From assembly GCA_037445065.1 (NCBI GenBank), contig JBBILD010000011.1, forward strand, positions 1 to 64,000: 64,000 nucleotides of DNA, written 5' to 3'. The DNA comes from Myxococcales bacterium (GTDB lineage: Bacteria; Desulfobacterota; Binatia; HRBIN30). The first letter of the stretch is position 1; each line of letters opens with the position of its first letter. The notes under the pieces were generated by a model that was given only the letters and a program-made list of their open reading frames with translations, was not told where the DNA came from and searched no databases. The position numbers and the translations under genes were made by a program. Of the stretch, positions 37,369-48,473 are shown one piece after another.

Positions 37369-37923
37369 TTACTCTGCTCTGCGCGAGGCTTCGGCGAGCC
37401 CAGCAAACGGCTCGTCCAGGTCCACCTCGCAGCTCTCCAGCACCCGCGCCAGCATGGCGTAGAATCCGGTAACGATCATAGCCTCTACGATTTCCCGCGG
37501 GCGGAAATGCACTTGTAGTGCCTGCCATGTTTCCTGGCTGCACTTTGCGCCCGCTAGCCACTCCCGGGTGGCCTGCAGCAAGAGCTGCTGGCGCGGGTCG
37601 AACGCAGGGGAGGCGGTTTCGCCGGCTTCGACGGCCCGAACGTGCTCCTCATCGAGCCCCACGGCTCGAGCCAGCGGGACGTGCTGGATCCACTCGTACT
37701 GGCAGCCGAGCTCGCGAGCGACGAGCAAGATGATCAGTTCGCGGAGTTGGGGCGAGAGTTCGAGGTCGGACAAAATCGCCGTGCCGAGGCGCAGCCAGCC
37801 CGGAAAACAGGTGGGGGCGTGGGCCATCATGCGAAACACGTTCAGGCGTACGGGCAAGCGTTCGAGCAGCGTGCGTGTTTCGGCTGGCAGTTGTTGTTCG
37901 TTCGGGTAGGGTAATCGAGCCAT
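37369..37923 (-). CDS. Carboxymuconolactone decarboxylase/AhpD-like protein
   Basis: MARLPY, LRELIIL.VA....C.YEW.QH. Confidence 0.85.
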   Translation of the reverse strand: MARLPYPNEQQLPAETRTLLERLPVRLNVFRMMAHAPTCFPGWLRLGTAILSDLELSPQLRELIILLVARELGCQYEWIQHVPLARAVGLDEEHVRAVEAGETASPAFDPRQQLLLQATREWLAGAKCSQETWQALQVHFRPREIVEAMIVTGFYAMLARVLESCEVDLDEPFAGLAEASRRAE

Positions 37924-38069
37924 CGGCCACCTCCTGGCTCGCCACGCACGGCGAGTGCCAGTGCGTACCTGCCAGCAGGCGCATCTTTGGGCAAGAGAGC
38001 GGCGGGCCGTGGATCGGTCCGAGTGGAGTGCAGAAAGGCGGGCAGATGCGCCGCAGCGGCTCGGCGTGC

Positions 38070-38357
38070 TCAGTGCCGGTAGCCGTAGAGCCAGCGTGCT
38101 TCCGTGCCGCCGATGTTGCGCACCGTGTGCACGGTGTGCGCCGGGATGAGGACTTCTTCGCCAATTGCAGGGCGGACCACCTTGCCGCCTATCTCCAGTT
38201 CGATCGAGCCGTCAACGAGCATCACGAGCTCGTCCACATCGTGCACGAAGTTTCGCCACACTTGCCCGGGAGGGTCCACCCACAGCGCGCAGGAAAAGCC
38301 GCGCCGGTTCCAATCGCGGCGAACCGCTTCGCTGTCTACGCGAGGTTGCATGGCCAC
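38070..38357 (-). CDS. Cupin domain protein
   Basis: DPPGQVW..FVHDVDE, IPAHTVHTVRN. Confidence 0.85.
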   Translation of the reverse strand: MAMQPRVDSEAVRRDWNRRGFSCALWVDPPGQVWRNFVHDVDELVMLVDGSIELEIGGKVVRPAIGEEVLIPAHTVHTVRNIGGTEARWLYGYRH

Positions 38358-38468
38358 GACGCCTGTTCGGCAATTGTCGTTTCCTGGCGCGAATGGAGTG
38401 CCGGATTTGGTTGTGAGAGTTGCCCGGGTAACCTCGGTTTTGCGCGGCCTCGCACGGTGCCCGCCCGT

Positions 38469-39164
38469 TCAGACCCGATCGGCGTAGGTGGCGCGATCCA
38501 CCCGTTCGAAGTACGCGCGAAGCGACGGGAGCTGCGCCAAAACTTCCTGCCCGATGGTCGAATCCGCGATGCACTCGGCTTGGCAGACGATGGCAATGTC
38601 AGCCAAGCTGAGCGCGCGCCCGACCACGTACCCGGTCTCCGCTTGCAGCCGATCAATCGTCGAAAACAAGCGCTCTACATCCTTTCGCAGTTGCGCCTTG
38701 GGTTTCCTGCCCACGCCTTGGGTTTCTGTCACCTGGCGGAAGTTCTCTTGCAACATCGGGGCGAGCATTTCGGCGACCTCGCGGGGGGTATCGCCCACGA
38801 CCTTGGGCAAATTCCGCGCGAAGTCCTCGGCGCCAAAGCGCAGGCACATCTCGTAAAAGTAGAGCGACTCGTCGGCCCAGTCCTCCAGGGCCAGCACGAG
38901 GGCCCGCTCCCGCTCGTCGGCGGGAAGCAGGGGAGGTTGGGGCACGCGCCGTTCGACTTCGAGGGCGATGTCGGTCGAGTCGGCAATGATCTCGCCCTCC
39001 CACTCGATGAACGGCAACTTCCCGGTGGGGTTCTTCTCGCGAATCGCCGGAACTTCGGTCAGCGGCCACTCGTGGATCGAGAACGGGATGCCCTTGTAGC
39101 GCAGGACGCGACGGATTTTGTCGCAAAACGGAGACACCGCGAACTGATGTAACACCAGCATCAT
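38469..39164 (-). CDS. Glutathione S-transferase family protein
   Basis: SPFCDKIR, NPTGKLP, DSTDI, SLADIA. Confidence 0.9.
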   Translation of the reverse strand: MMLVLHQFAVSPFCDKIRRVLRYKGIPFSIHEWPLTEVPAIREKNPTGKLPFIEWEGEIIADSTDIALEVERRVPQPPLLPADERERALVLALEDWADESLYFYEMCLRFGAEDFARNLPKVVGDTPREVAEMLAPMLQENFRQVTETQGVGRKPKAQLRKDVERLFSTIDRLQAETGYVVGRALSLADIAIVCQAECIADSTIGQEVLAQLPSLRAYFERVDRATYADRV

Positions 39165-39176
39165 TGGCTCCTCGAA

Positions 39177-40268
39177 CTAGACGGTTTTGCGCTCCGCAGC
39201 CTCTTTGGCTCGGAAGAATAAAAACTCCGCGGCTTGCTCGAAACTCCGAAAGCGCTCGTCTTTGGTTTGACCGAGGTGGAAGCGGTGGTAGATCTGCTGC
39301 AGCACCACTGCCATTTTGAACAGGCCGAAGACGTAGTAGTACGGCACCTGGGACACATCCACGCCGTGCCGCCGCCCGTAGCGTTCCACAGCCTCGGCGC
39401 GGGTCATGAAACCGGGCGTGTTGGACGGCATGCCGACCGGCCCGCCTCCGCTGCCTGCAGGCACCTCTCGTTCCTCGATCCAGGCGGTGAGCAGGGTACC
39501 GAGGTCGCAGAGCGGATCCCCGACCGTACACATGTCCCAGTCGAACACCGCCACGCAGCGGCCCGGATCGTCGGCGGCCAGCATCATGTTGTCCAAGCGC
39601 CAGTCGTTATGCAGCAAGGTGGGGCGAGGTGAGGCTGGCAGGTGCTGGCGGAGCCAGTCATGCAGCTCGTAGGCAAGCGGCATGTCCTTGGTCTTCGCCC
39701 GTTCGAAGCGAGCCATCCAGCCGTCTACTTGGCGCAAGAGGAAACCCTCGGGCTTGCCGATCTTGTCGAGCCCGACGCTGGCCGGATCCACAGCGTGCAA
39801 GTCCGCCAAGGCGTCAATCAGGACCTCGCTGATCTTGCGGTTTACCTGCGGGTCCTTGCCGCCGCCCCATTGTTCCGGAATCGTCCGGCGCACCACGATG
39901 CCGTAGCGCCGCTCCATCACGAAGAACGGGGCACCGATCACCGCGGGGTCGTCACAAAAGAAAAACGCACGCGGCGCCAACGGGTACGCCTGATAGAGCA
40001 CGGAGAGGCAACGGTATTCGCGCGCCATGTCGTGCGCGCCGGGAGCGACCGGACCGAGCGGAGGGCGCCGCAAGACGTATTCGACCCCTGGGTAGCGCAG
40101 CAGGTACGTCAGGTTCGCATGACCGCCTGCGAATTGAACGATCTCGAGCGGTCCGTCGGAGCCAGGCAATTTGCCGCGCAAAAAGGCGGCGAGGCGGTCG
40201 TGATCGAAGTCTTCGTCCGGGCGAATCGGAATGGTTTCGGGCGGATCCGTGATCTTTTGTTCCGACAT
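39177..40268 (-). CDS. APH/choline kinase-fold phosphotransferase (ACAD10/11 kinase-like)
   Basis: QFAGGHANLTY, VLRRPP, AHDMARE, HNDWRLDN, DWDM..GDPL.DL. Confidence 0.9.
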   Translation of the reverse strand: MSEQKITDPPETIPIRPDEDFDHDRLAAFLRGKLPGSDGPLEIVQFAGGHANLTYLLRYPGVEYVLRRPPLGPVAPGAHDMAREYRCLSVLYQAYPLAPRAFFFCDDPAVIGAPFFVMERRYGIVVRRTIPEQWGGGKDPQVNRKISEVLIDALADLHAVDPASVGLDKIGKPEGFLLRQVDGWMARFERAKTKDMPLAYELHDWLRQHLPASPRPTLLHNDWRLDNMMLAADDPGRCVAVFDWDMCTVGDPLCDLGTLLTAWIEEREVPAGSGGGPVGMPSNTPGFMTRAEAVERYGRRHGVDVSQVPYYYVFGLFKMAVVLQQIYHRFHLGQTKDERFRSFEQAAEFLFFRAKEAAERKTV

Positions 40269-40301
40269 GGGCTTGTTTCCTGGCGAGTTTCACAGTCTCG
40301 T

Positions 40302-40838
40302 TCAAGCTGGAGGGCGGCCCTTCATGGCGTAAATGCGCTCGATCTCGATCGCCAGCGCCACCGTCCGCCGTGGTCGCCCACTGGCACCGGGTCGCGTCTC
40401 GCGTTCCGTACCGGGGATTTCGCGAGCCCGCCCGTACACGATGGCCACTGCCCCGTGGGGGCCCCAGGTGGTGAGGGCCACGTGCGGGTTTCGAGCCAAG
40501 TCGCGTCGGCGCACTGCGTTGACGTAGATGGTCGAGCGTAGCTCGCCCGCGACAAGTTCGGCATGCACCGGGGCGATGTGCGGTTTGCCACCGGGCCCGA
40601 CGGTGGCCATGGCCTTGAGGGAGGCCGTGTTCCAAAACTCCGCGAACTCGCGCGCGCTCATCCTCCGGTCGGCGCGGTCGAAAGTCTCTCGCACCGCCTC
40701 CCCCGCGCGCTCCCGACTGCGGTCGAGAATCTCTTGCAGTCGGAGAAAGACTTCCGGCGGCCACCGCTGCGGGTCGCGCTCCTCCGGTGTGGCCCCAGCG
40801 ATAATGGGTTGCCTGCACGGTTTTTTGCGTTCCTCCAT
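40302..40838 (-). CDS. Pyridoxamine 5'-phosphate oxidase-like (split barrel) protein
   Basis: MATVGPGGKPHIAPV, R.RDL.RNPHVAL; GGAGGG RBS before ATG 40838. Confidence 0.75.
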   Translation of the reverse strand: MEERKKPCRQPIIAGATPEERDPQRWPPEVFLRLQEILDRSRERAGEAVRETFDRADRRMSAREFAEFWNTASLKAMATVGPGGKPHIAPVHAELVAGELRSTIYVNAVRRRDLARNPHVALTTWGPHGAVAIVYGRAREIPGTERETRPGASGRPRRTVALAIEIERIYAMKGRPPA

Positions 40839-40840
40839 CG

Positions 40841-40925
40841 CTCCCTCCTGGACGCTCACCTCGCTTTCATAGCTGAGCGTGGGAGGCCCTTCTGGCCTAC
40901 AATGGCGAGTCGCCTCCTTTAGCGA
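40841..40925 (-). promoter_or_regulatory. Putative translational attenuator/structured 5' leader
   Basis: CCTCC-C-ACGCTCA...TGAGCGT-CCA-GGAGG stem would sequester the RBS; an upstream AAAGGAGG is followed by TTG-TAG. Confidence 0.4.
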
Positions 40926-41203
40926 ACCCCCAACGTGGAAGGCATTGTCGCGCCCGTCGTGCCGAGCGCGTGCCTCGTTTGCACCGCCGCCGCTGCGCTC
41001 TGAAACGGCCGGTAGGATCGGATCCACCGAACTCGGTTTGTCGGGTCGTGCAGATGCAGGACGTGCGGCACGCCGAGCGGACTCGCCGTGTGCCGAGATG
41101 GCCTTGAGGATGAAGAACACGGGCCGGGCGTTTTGCACGCGGACGCGAGCCCGGCAGTTGGCAATTGAGCGGCGCTGCCATCGCTGGTAGCTTGCCCTAG
41201 GCG

Positions 41204-42142
41204 ATGCAACGGCAGCGGGAGCGCGGCTTTCATCAGTGGGTAGAAGCTTTTGCGCATCACTTGTTGGTTGAGCGAAACGCCTCGCCCAACACGGTTCGCG
41301 CGTACTTGGCAGATTTGCGCCAGTTTGGAGAATTCTGCTCCGAGCGGCTCTCAGGTTGGAGACAGGGAAGAGCCGACGTCACGCGCATCGAGCAAGACCA
41401 CGTTCGCGGGTTTTTGGCTTGGTCCATGAGCCAGCACGAAAAAAGTTCCGCGGCGCGCAAGCTCTCTGCTCTCAAGCGCTTTTTTGCCTTCCTCGAGAGC
41501 CGCGGTGTGCGCGCCGGGAATCCGGCCTCCGCTGTGCTGACGCCGAAGCAGGACAAGCGCCTGCCTGCGCACTTGACGGTGGACGACATGTTCCGCTTGC
41601 TCTCGGCTGCGGCGGAGGGCAACAGCTCCCCGGCGGCAGCGCGAGATCGGGCGATGCTCGAGGTGCTTTACTCCTGTGGGCTGCGAGTGAGTGAGCTGGT
41701 CGGGCTCGATTGGGCCGATGTAGACGAGCGCTTGGAGATGGTGCGGGTGAAGGGGAAGGGCGGCAAGCAGCGCATCGTCCCGATCGGGCGCAAGGCCCTC
41801 GAAGCGCTGGCAGCCTATCGGGAGAGCGTGGCCGAACTCTGCCCGCGTGGGGTACGCGATCCGGCGGCTGTTTTTCTCAACCGGCGCGGCACCCGCTTGA
41901 CTACCCGTTCGGTGGCCCGCTTGCTGGACGGGTACGTGTGCCGTGCTGGCCTCGCGACCAAGATCAGCCCGCACGCCGTTCGCCACAGCTTTGCCACCCA
42001 CTTGCTGAACGCGGGTGCCGACTTGCGGGCGATCCAAGAGCTGCTCGGGCACGCGAGCTTGTCCACCACGCAGCGCTACACCCACCTCGACCTCGACCAC
42101 CTGACCCGCGTCTACGACCGGACCCATCCGCGCGCGCAATGA
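41204..42142 (+). CDS. xerC: Tyrosine recombinase XerC
   Basis: [41 protein letters not shown]; upstream of hslVU. Confidence 0.92.
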   Translation: MQRQRERGFHQWVEAFAHHLLVERNASPNTVRAYLADLRQFGEFCSERLSGWRQGRADVTRIEQDHVRGFLAWSMSQHEKSSAARKLSALKRFFAFLESRGVRAGNPASAVLTPKQDKRLPAHLTVDDMFRLLSAAAEGNSSPAAARDRAMLEVLYSCGLRVSELVGLDWADVDERLEMVRVKGKGGKQRIVPIGRKALEALAAYRESVAELCPRGVRDPAAVFLNRRGTRLTTRSVARLLDGYVCRAGLATKISPHAVRHSFATHLLNAGADLRAIQELLGHASLSTTQRYTHLDLDHLTRVYDRTHPRAQ

Positions 42143-42165
42143 TGCTGGGAGCAAAAGGAGACCAT

Positions 42166-42699
42166 ATGCTCGCGATCCATGGCACGACGATTCTGGCGTT
42201 GCGGCACCGGGGCAAAACGGTGATGGCTGGAGACGGGCAAGTCAGCATGGGGCCCACGGTGCTCAAGAGCCATGCGCGGAAGGTACGCCGGATTTTCAAA
42301 GACCGGGTGCTGGCCGGCTTTGCGGGTGCCACAGCCGACGCCTTTACCCTGTTCGAAAAGTTCGAGCGGCAACTGGAACAGCATCAGGGGAACCTGCGCC
42401 GCTCGGCGGTCGAACTCGCTAAGGATTGGCGCACGGACCGCGTGCTACGCCGGCTCGAGGCGCTGCTCGTGGTTGCTGACCCGGAGACGTTGCTTGTGCT
42501 TTCAGGCAGCGGCGACGTGATCGAGCCGGATGAGCCAGTGGCGGGGATCGGTTCGGGGGGGAATTTCGCCTTGGCTGCGGCGCGCGCTTTGATGCGTTTT
42601 AGCTCCCTCGATGCCGCCGAGATTGCGAGCGAAGCGATGCGCATCGCCGCCTCCATCTGCGTGTACACCAACGACCACATCACTGTGGAGGTGCTGTAA
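42166..42699 (+). CDS. hslV: ATP-dependent protease peptidase subunit HslV
   Basis: HGTTIL (catalytic Thr), [22 protein letters not shown]. Confidence 0.97.
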   Translation: MLAIHGTTILALRHRGKTVMAGDGQVSMGPTVLKSHARKVRRIFKDRVLAGFAGATADAFTLFEKFERQLEQHQGNLRRSAVELAKDWRTDRVLRRLEALLVVADPETLLVLSGSGDVIEPDEPVAGIGSGGNFALAAARALMRFSSLDAAEIASEAMRIAASICVYTNDHITVEVL

Positions 42700-42792
42700 G
42701 GGCGGGGCACCTGTGGCTCGACTTGCAGCAACGAAAACTTTTCCGGGGAGAACATTGCACCGGGCGGGCAAAGTGGTACCAACAAGCCACGT

Positions 42793-44112
42793 ATGGGTTC
42801 GATGACACCGCGCGAAATCGTCTCCGAGTTGGACCGCTACATCGTCGGGCAAGCCAAGGCGAAGCGGGCAGTCGCCATTGCCCTGCGCAACCGCTGGCGG
42901 CGGCTGCAGGTGCCGGAAGAGTTGCGCGACGAGATCACACCGAAGAACATCATCATGATCGGTCCCACCGGAGTTGGGAAAACCGAGATTTCGCGCCGCT
43001 TAGCCAAGCTCGCGCAAGCACCGTTCATCAAAGTAGAAGCATCGAAGTTCACCGAGATCGGATACGTGGGCCGCGATGTGGAGTCCATCATTCGCGATCT
43101 GACCGACCTGGCGGTGAAGATGGTCAAGGACGAGGAACAAGAAAAAGTGAAGGTGCGAGCCCGCCAGTTAGCCGAGGAGCGGATCCTCGACATCTTGCTC
43201 CCAGGCTCCGCAGAGCGCGCCTATGAAACGGAGGCTTCCACACGCGAGAAGTTTCGGCGCATGCTGCGGGAGGGCGACCTCGACGACCGCATGATCGAAA
43301 TCGAAGTCACCAAGTCCGCCTTCCCGATGGTCGAGGTATTTGCGCCACAGGGAATGGAGGGCATGGAGTCGCAACTCAAAGACCTGTTTTCCTCGATCGC
43401 CCCCAAGCAAACGCAGAAGGAGTACATGCGGATCGAGGATGCGCTCGAGTACCTGGCGGAGGAAGAGGTCAACAAACTCGTAGACATGGAATGGGTCACG
43501 AAAGAAGCCATTCGCAGGGTGGAAGAGACCGGTATCGTGTTCATTGACGAAATTGACAAAATCGCCGGCGCGGAAAGTGGCACCGGTCCGGATGTGTCGC
43601 GGCGCGGGGTGCAGCGCGATTTGCTGCCACTGGTCGAAGGTTGCACGGTGAGCACAAAATACGGCATGGTGCGCACCGATCACATCTTGTTCATCGCGGC
43701 GGGTGCCTTTCACATGACCAAGCCGTCGGACCTCATCCCTGAATTCCAGGGGCGCTTTCCGATCCGGGTCGAACTGGAGCCTCTGACCAAGGAGGATTTT
43801 GTCCGGATCTTGACTGAGCCGCAAAACGCGATCCTCAAGCAGTACACGGCGCTGCTTGCGACCGAAGGTGTGTCGTTGCGCTTCTTGCCGGAAGCCGTGG
43901 AGGAAATCGCGGCGATCGCCGTGCAGGTCAACCAAACCGCCGAAGACATCGGTGCCCGCCGGCTTCACACCGTCGTCGAGCGCTTGCTGGAAAACCTTTC
44001 CTTCGACGCGCCTGACCGCAGTGGCGAAGAAGTGGTCATTGATGCCGCGTATGTGCGGCAGATGCTCGGCGACATTGTCAAAAATCAAGACTTGTCCCGT
44101 TACATCTTGTAG
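42793..44112 (+). CDS. hslU: ATP-dependent protease ATPase subunit HslU
   Basis: [50 protein letters not shown]. Confidence 0.98.
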   Translation: MGSMTPREIVSELDRYIVGQAKAKRAVAIALRNRWRRLQVPEELRDEITPKNIIMIGPTGVGKTEISRRLAKLAQAPFIKVEASKFTEIGYVGRDVESIIRDLTDLAVKMVKDEEQEKVKVRARQLAEERILDILLPGSAERAYETEASTREKFRRMLREGDLDDRMIEIEVTKSAFPMVEVFAPQGMEGMESQLKDLFSSIAPKQTQKEYMRIEDALEYLAEEEVNKLVDMEWVTKEAIRRVEETGIVFIDEIDKIAGAESGTGPDVSRRGVQRDLLPLVEGCTVSTKYGMVRTDHILFIAAGAFHMTKPSDLIPEFQGRFPIRVELEPLTKEDFVRILTEPQNAILKQYTALLATEGVSLRFLPEAVEEIAAIAVQVNQTAEDIGARRLHTVVERLLENLSFDAPDRSGEEVVIDAAYVRQMLGDIVKNQDLSRYIL

Positions 44113-45063
<951 letters not shown>

Positions 45064-45097
45064 CCAGCCAGTTTTCTCCGCAACGATTGGGCTCGCC

Positions 45098-46282
45098 ATG
45101 ACGAGTCGCGAAGTCATTGCTCGCAACGAGCGGTATTTGTTCCCGGTTTACCCGCGCGCGCCTCTGGTGCTGGTGCGCGGCGAGGGTTGCCGCGTCTGGG
45201 ATGCGGACGGGAAAGAGTATCTGGACTTCTTCTCGAGCACGGTGGTGACCAACCTGGGCCACGCCCACCCGCGCGTCACCGCAGCGCTTTACGAGCAGGC
45301 GCGCAAGATTCTGCACGTTTCCAATTTGCACCACAGTGTCCCGCAAGGGGAACTGGCCGAGTTGTTGTGCACGCACTCGTTTGCCGATCGGGTTTTTCTC
45401 TGCAACAGCGGCGCCGAGGCCAACGAGGCGGCGATCAAACTGGCGCGGCGTTTTGGCGCCGAGAAGCGAAACGGCCGTTTCGAAATCATTACCATGTACA
45501 ACTCGTTCCACGGCCGCACCTTGGCGACCCTCACGGCCACCGGGCAGGAGAAAGTGCGGATCGGGTTCGAGCCGCTCCCCGCGGGCTTTCGCTACGTGCC
45601 GTTCAACGACTTTGCGGCCTTGGAGGCTACCGCCAGCGAGAAAACCGTGGCGGTGATGCTGGAGGTCGTGCAGGCCGAGGGTGGCATTGTGGTTGCCGAC
45701 CCGGACTACCTGCAGGCGGTCCGCCGCTGGTGTGATGAGCGCGGGGTGTTGTTGATTTTCGACGAGGTGCAAACCGGGGCAGGGCGCCTGGGCAAGTTGT
45801 GGGGATACGAGACCTTCGGAGTCGAGCCAGATATCCTCACCGCGGCTAAAGGCCTTGGAAACGGCGTTCCCATTGGCGCCATGCTGGCTCGCCAAGAGGT
45901 GGCGGAGGTGTTTGCGCTAGGCGCGCACGGCTCGACCTTTGGCGGCAATGCCCTGGCTTGTGCCGCCGCGGTAGCCACCGTGCGCTCGTTGCTCGAAGAC
46001 GGTGTCTTGGCGCATGCGGAGCAGCAAGGACACTACCTGCAGGAGCGGCTGGCGGAGCTGCAGGAACGTTGCCGGCGCATCCGAGCGGTGCGGGGGCGCG
46101 GCTTGTTGTGGGGACTGGAGCTGGATGGTCCGGGAGCCTTCGCCGTAGATGCGGCCCGCGACCGCGGGCTCATCATCAATTGCACCGCGGAGCGCGTGCT
46201 GCGCTTGGCCCCGCCGCTGATTGTGGCTCGCGCAGAGATTGACCAGGCTGTAGAGGTGCTTGCCGAGGTGCTGATCGGATGA
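45098..46282 (+). CDS. argD: Acetylornithine aminotransferase
   Basis: CNSGAEANE, SFHGRT, DEVQTG.GR, AKGLGNG, HGSTFGGN; arg operon context. Confidence 0.95.
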   Translation: MTSREVIARNERYLFPVYPRAPLVLVRGEGCRVWDADGKEYLDFFSSTVVTNLGHAHPRVTAALYEQARKILHVSNLHHSVPQGELAELLCTHSFADRVFLCNSGAEANEAAIKLARRFGAEKRNGRFEIITMYNSFHGRTLATLTATGQEKVRIGFEPLPAGFRYVPFNDFAALEATASEKTVAVMLEVVQAEGGIVVADPDYLQAVRRWCDERGVLLIFDEVQTGAGRLGKLWGYETFGVEPDILTAAKGLGNGVPIGAMLARQEVAEVFALGAHGSTFGGNALACAAAVATVRSLLEDGVLAHAEQQGHYLQERLAELQERCRRIRAVRGRGLLWGLELDGPGAFAVDAARDRGLIINCTAERVLRLAPPLIVARAEIDQAVEVLAEVLIG

Positions 46283-47235
46283 AACGAGACTTCTTGTCGC
46301 TGCTCGATTTCGACCGCGGCGAACTGGAAGAAATGCTCGCCTTGGCCGCTGAACTCAAGCGCAAGTGGCAGCAGGGAAAAGCGCACAGTCTGCTCAAAGG
46401 GCGCGTGCTGGCCATGATTTTCGAGAAGCCGAGCTTGCGCACGCGCGTAACCTTCGAGACCGGTATGTTTCAGTTGGGCGGGTATGCGGTCTGCTTGACC
46501 CCGAGCGACATCCGCCTCGGCGAGCGAGAAACCGTGGCCGATGCAGCCCGCAATTTGGAGCGGTGGGTGGACGCCATCATGGCCCGCACCTACGCCCACG
46601 AGACGTTGGAGGAACTCGCACGGCACGCACGCGTGCCGGTGATCAATGGCCTCTCGGATCGCCTCCACCCCTGCCAGGTGCTGGCCGACTGTTTCACCCT
46701 GCGCGAGAAGGGCCGCTCACTCGAGGGCTTGCGCATCGCGTTCGTGGGAGATGGCAACAACATGGCCCACTCGTGGATGAACGCTGCGGCTCGCTTCGGG
46801 TTCGATTTTGTGCTGGCTTGCCCGCAGGGGTACGATCCCGACCCAGCGATCGTCGAGCGGGCGCGCGCCGAGGGGGCACGCATCGAGATCCTGCGCGATC
46901 CGGCGCAAGCCGTGCGTGACGCAGATGTGGTATACACGGACACCTGGACCAGTATGGGACAAGAGGCAGAGGCAGTGGTGCGGCGGCAAGCGTTTGCGGA
47001 GTTCCAGGTCAACGAGCCGCTCGTTGCCTTGGCGCGGCCGGACGCTTTGGTGATGCATTGCTTGCCTGCCCACCGTGGGGAGGAGATTACGGACGCGGTG
47101 CTCGACAGCCCTCGTTCGATCGTGTTCGACCAGGCGGAAAATCGCCTGCACGTGCAGAAAGCGATTCTGGTGTGGCTGCTCCGCCGCCATCCGCAGCGAC
47201 GGGGCGGGCAAGCGAGCAAAGCGAACAATCGGTGA
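46279..47235 (+). CDS. argF: Ornithine carbamoyltransferase
   Basis: [33 protein letters not shown]. Confidence 0.96.
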   Translation: MKRDFLSLLDFDRGELEEMLALAAELKRKWQQGKAHSLLKGRVLAMIFEKPSLRTRVTFETGMFQLGGYAVCLTPSDIRLGERETVADAARNLERWVDAIMARTYAHETLEELARHARVPVINGLSDRLHPCQVLADCFTLREKGRSLEGLRIAFVGDGNNMAHSWMNAAARFGFDFVLACPQGYDPDPAIVERARAEGARIEILRDPAQAVRDADVVYTDTWTSMGQEAEAVVRRQAFAEFQVNEPLVALARPDALVMHCLPAHRGEEITDAVLDSPRSIVFDQAENRLHVQKAILVWLLRRHPQRRGGQASKANNR

Positions 47236-47252
47236 TCTCCGAGGAAAGACGC

Positions 47253-48458
47253 ATGAATCAGCCGAGAAAAGTCGTATTGGCATACTCCGGTGGGCTCGAC
47301 ACGTCGGTGATCCTGCGCTGGCTCATCGACACGTACGGATGCGAGGTGTTGGCGTTTTGTGCCGATTTGGGGCAGGGCGAAGAACTCGCCCCTGTTGAAG
47401 AAAAGGCAAGGCGGACCGGGGCGAGCAAAGTCTACATCGAAGACCTGCGCGAGGAGTTCGTACGCGATTTCGTGTTCCCCATGTTGCGCGCCAACGCAGT
47501 CTACGAAGGCGGCTACCTGCTCGGGACCTCGATAGCGCGCCCGCTCATCGCCAAGCGACAAATCGAGATCGCTACCCGCGAGGGCGCGGATGCGGTGGCT
47601 CACGGGGCTACTGGGAAGGGCAACGATCAGGTTCGGTTCGAGTTGACCTACTATGCCCTGCGCCCGGACATTCAGGTGATTGCTCCTTGGCGCGTGTGGG
47701 AGCTGACCTCGCGCTCGAAACTGATCGAATTTGCCGAGCGGCACCGAATCCCGGTTCCGGTTACGGTTGAGAAGCCGTACAGTACAGACCGCAACTTGTT
47801 CCATATCAGCTACGAAGGGGGCATTCTGGAAGACCCGTGGCGCGAGCCGTACGAGGATATGTTCCAACTCACGGTGGCGCCGGAGCGCGCTCCCGATCAG
47901 CCTGAGTACGTGGAAATCGAGTACGAACGGGGAAACCCGGTAGCGGTGAACGGCGAGCGGCTCACGCCCGCCGGGCTGCTAGCGCGGCTCAACGAAATCG
48001 GCGGCCGCCATGGGATTGGCCGCGTTGACATCGTGGAAAACCGGTACGTCGGCATGAAATCGCGCGGGGTGTACGAAACACCGGGGGGTACGCTCCTGCA
48101 CCTCGCCCATCGGGCGGTGGAATCGCTGACCTTGGATCGGGAGGTGCTGCACCTGCGCGACAGCTTGATTCCGCGATACGCCGAGATGGTGTACTACGGG
48201 TACTGGTTTGCTCCTGAACGCGAGGCGCTTCAGGCTCTGATCGACCAGGCGCAAGAGGCGGTCACGGGTACGGCCCGCCTCAAACTGTACAAGGGCTCGG
48301 CCGTCGTCGTGGGAAGAAAGTCGCCGCATTCCTTGTACCGGCCCGACATCGCGACCTTTGAGGCGGGCTCTGGCTACCGTCAAGCCGACGCCGAAGGCTT
48401 CATCCGCCTCAACGCACTGCGCTTGCGAATCGCGGGGCAGCGCCGCACCGATCCTTGA
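47253..48458 (+). CDS. argG: Argininosuccinate synthase
   Basis: [37 protein letters not shown]. Confidence 0.98.
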   Translation: MNQPRKVVLAYSGGLDTSVILRWLIDTYGCEVLAFCADLGQGEELAPVEEKARRTGASKVYIEDLREEFVRDFVFPMLRANAVYEGGYLLGTSIARPLIAKRQIEIATREGADAVAHGATGKGNDQVRFELTYYALRPDIQVIAPWRVWELTSRSKLIEFAERHRIPVPVTVEKPYSTDRNLFHISYEGGILEDPWREPYEDMFQLTVAPERAPDQPEYVEIEYERGNPVAVNGERLTPAGLLARLNEIGGRHGIGRVDIVENRYVGMKSRGVYETPGGTLLHLAHRAVESLTLDREVLHLRDSLIPRYAEMVYYGYWFAPEREALQALIDQAQEAVTGTARLKLYKGSAVVVGRKSPHSLYRPDIATFEAGSGYRQADAEGFIRLNALRLRIAGQRRTDP

Positions 48459-48473
48459 CTCCGTTCCCCCGAT

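Noticed and set aside
37944..37961. Sigma-54 promoter CTGGCAC-N5-GTGC upstream of the CMD gene
   Set aside because: Imperfect -12 element, and the implied start site falls inside the RBS; likely chance in GC-rich DNA
41204..42142. Phage or island integrase
   Set aside because: Size, motifs and position before hslVU fit housekeeping XerC; no att repeats, tRNA or mobile cargo nearby
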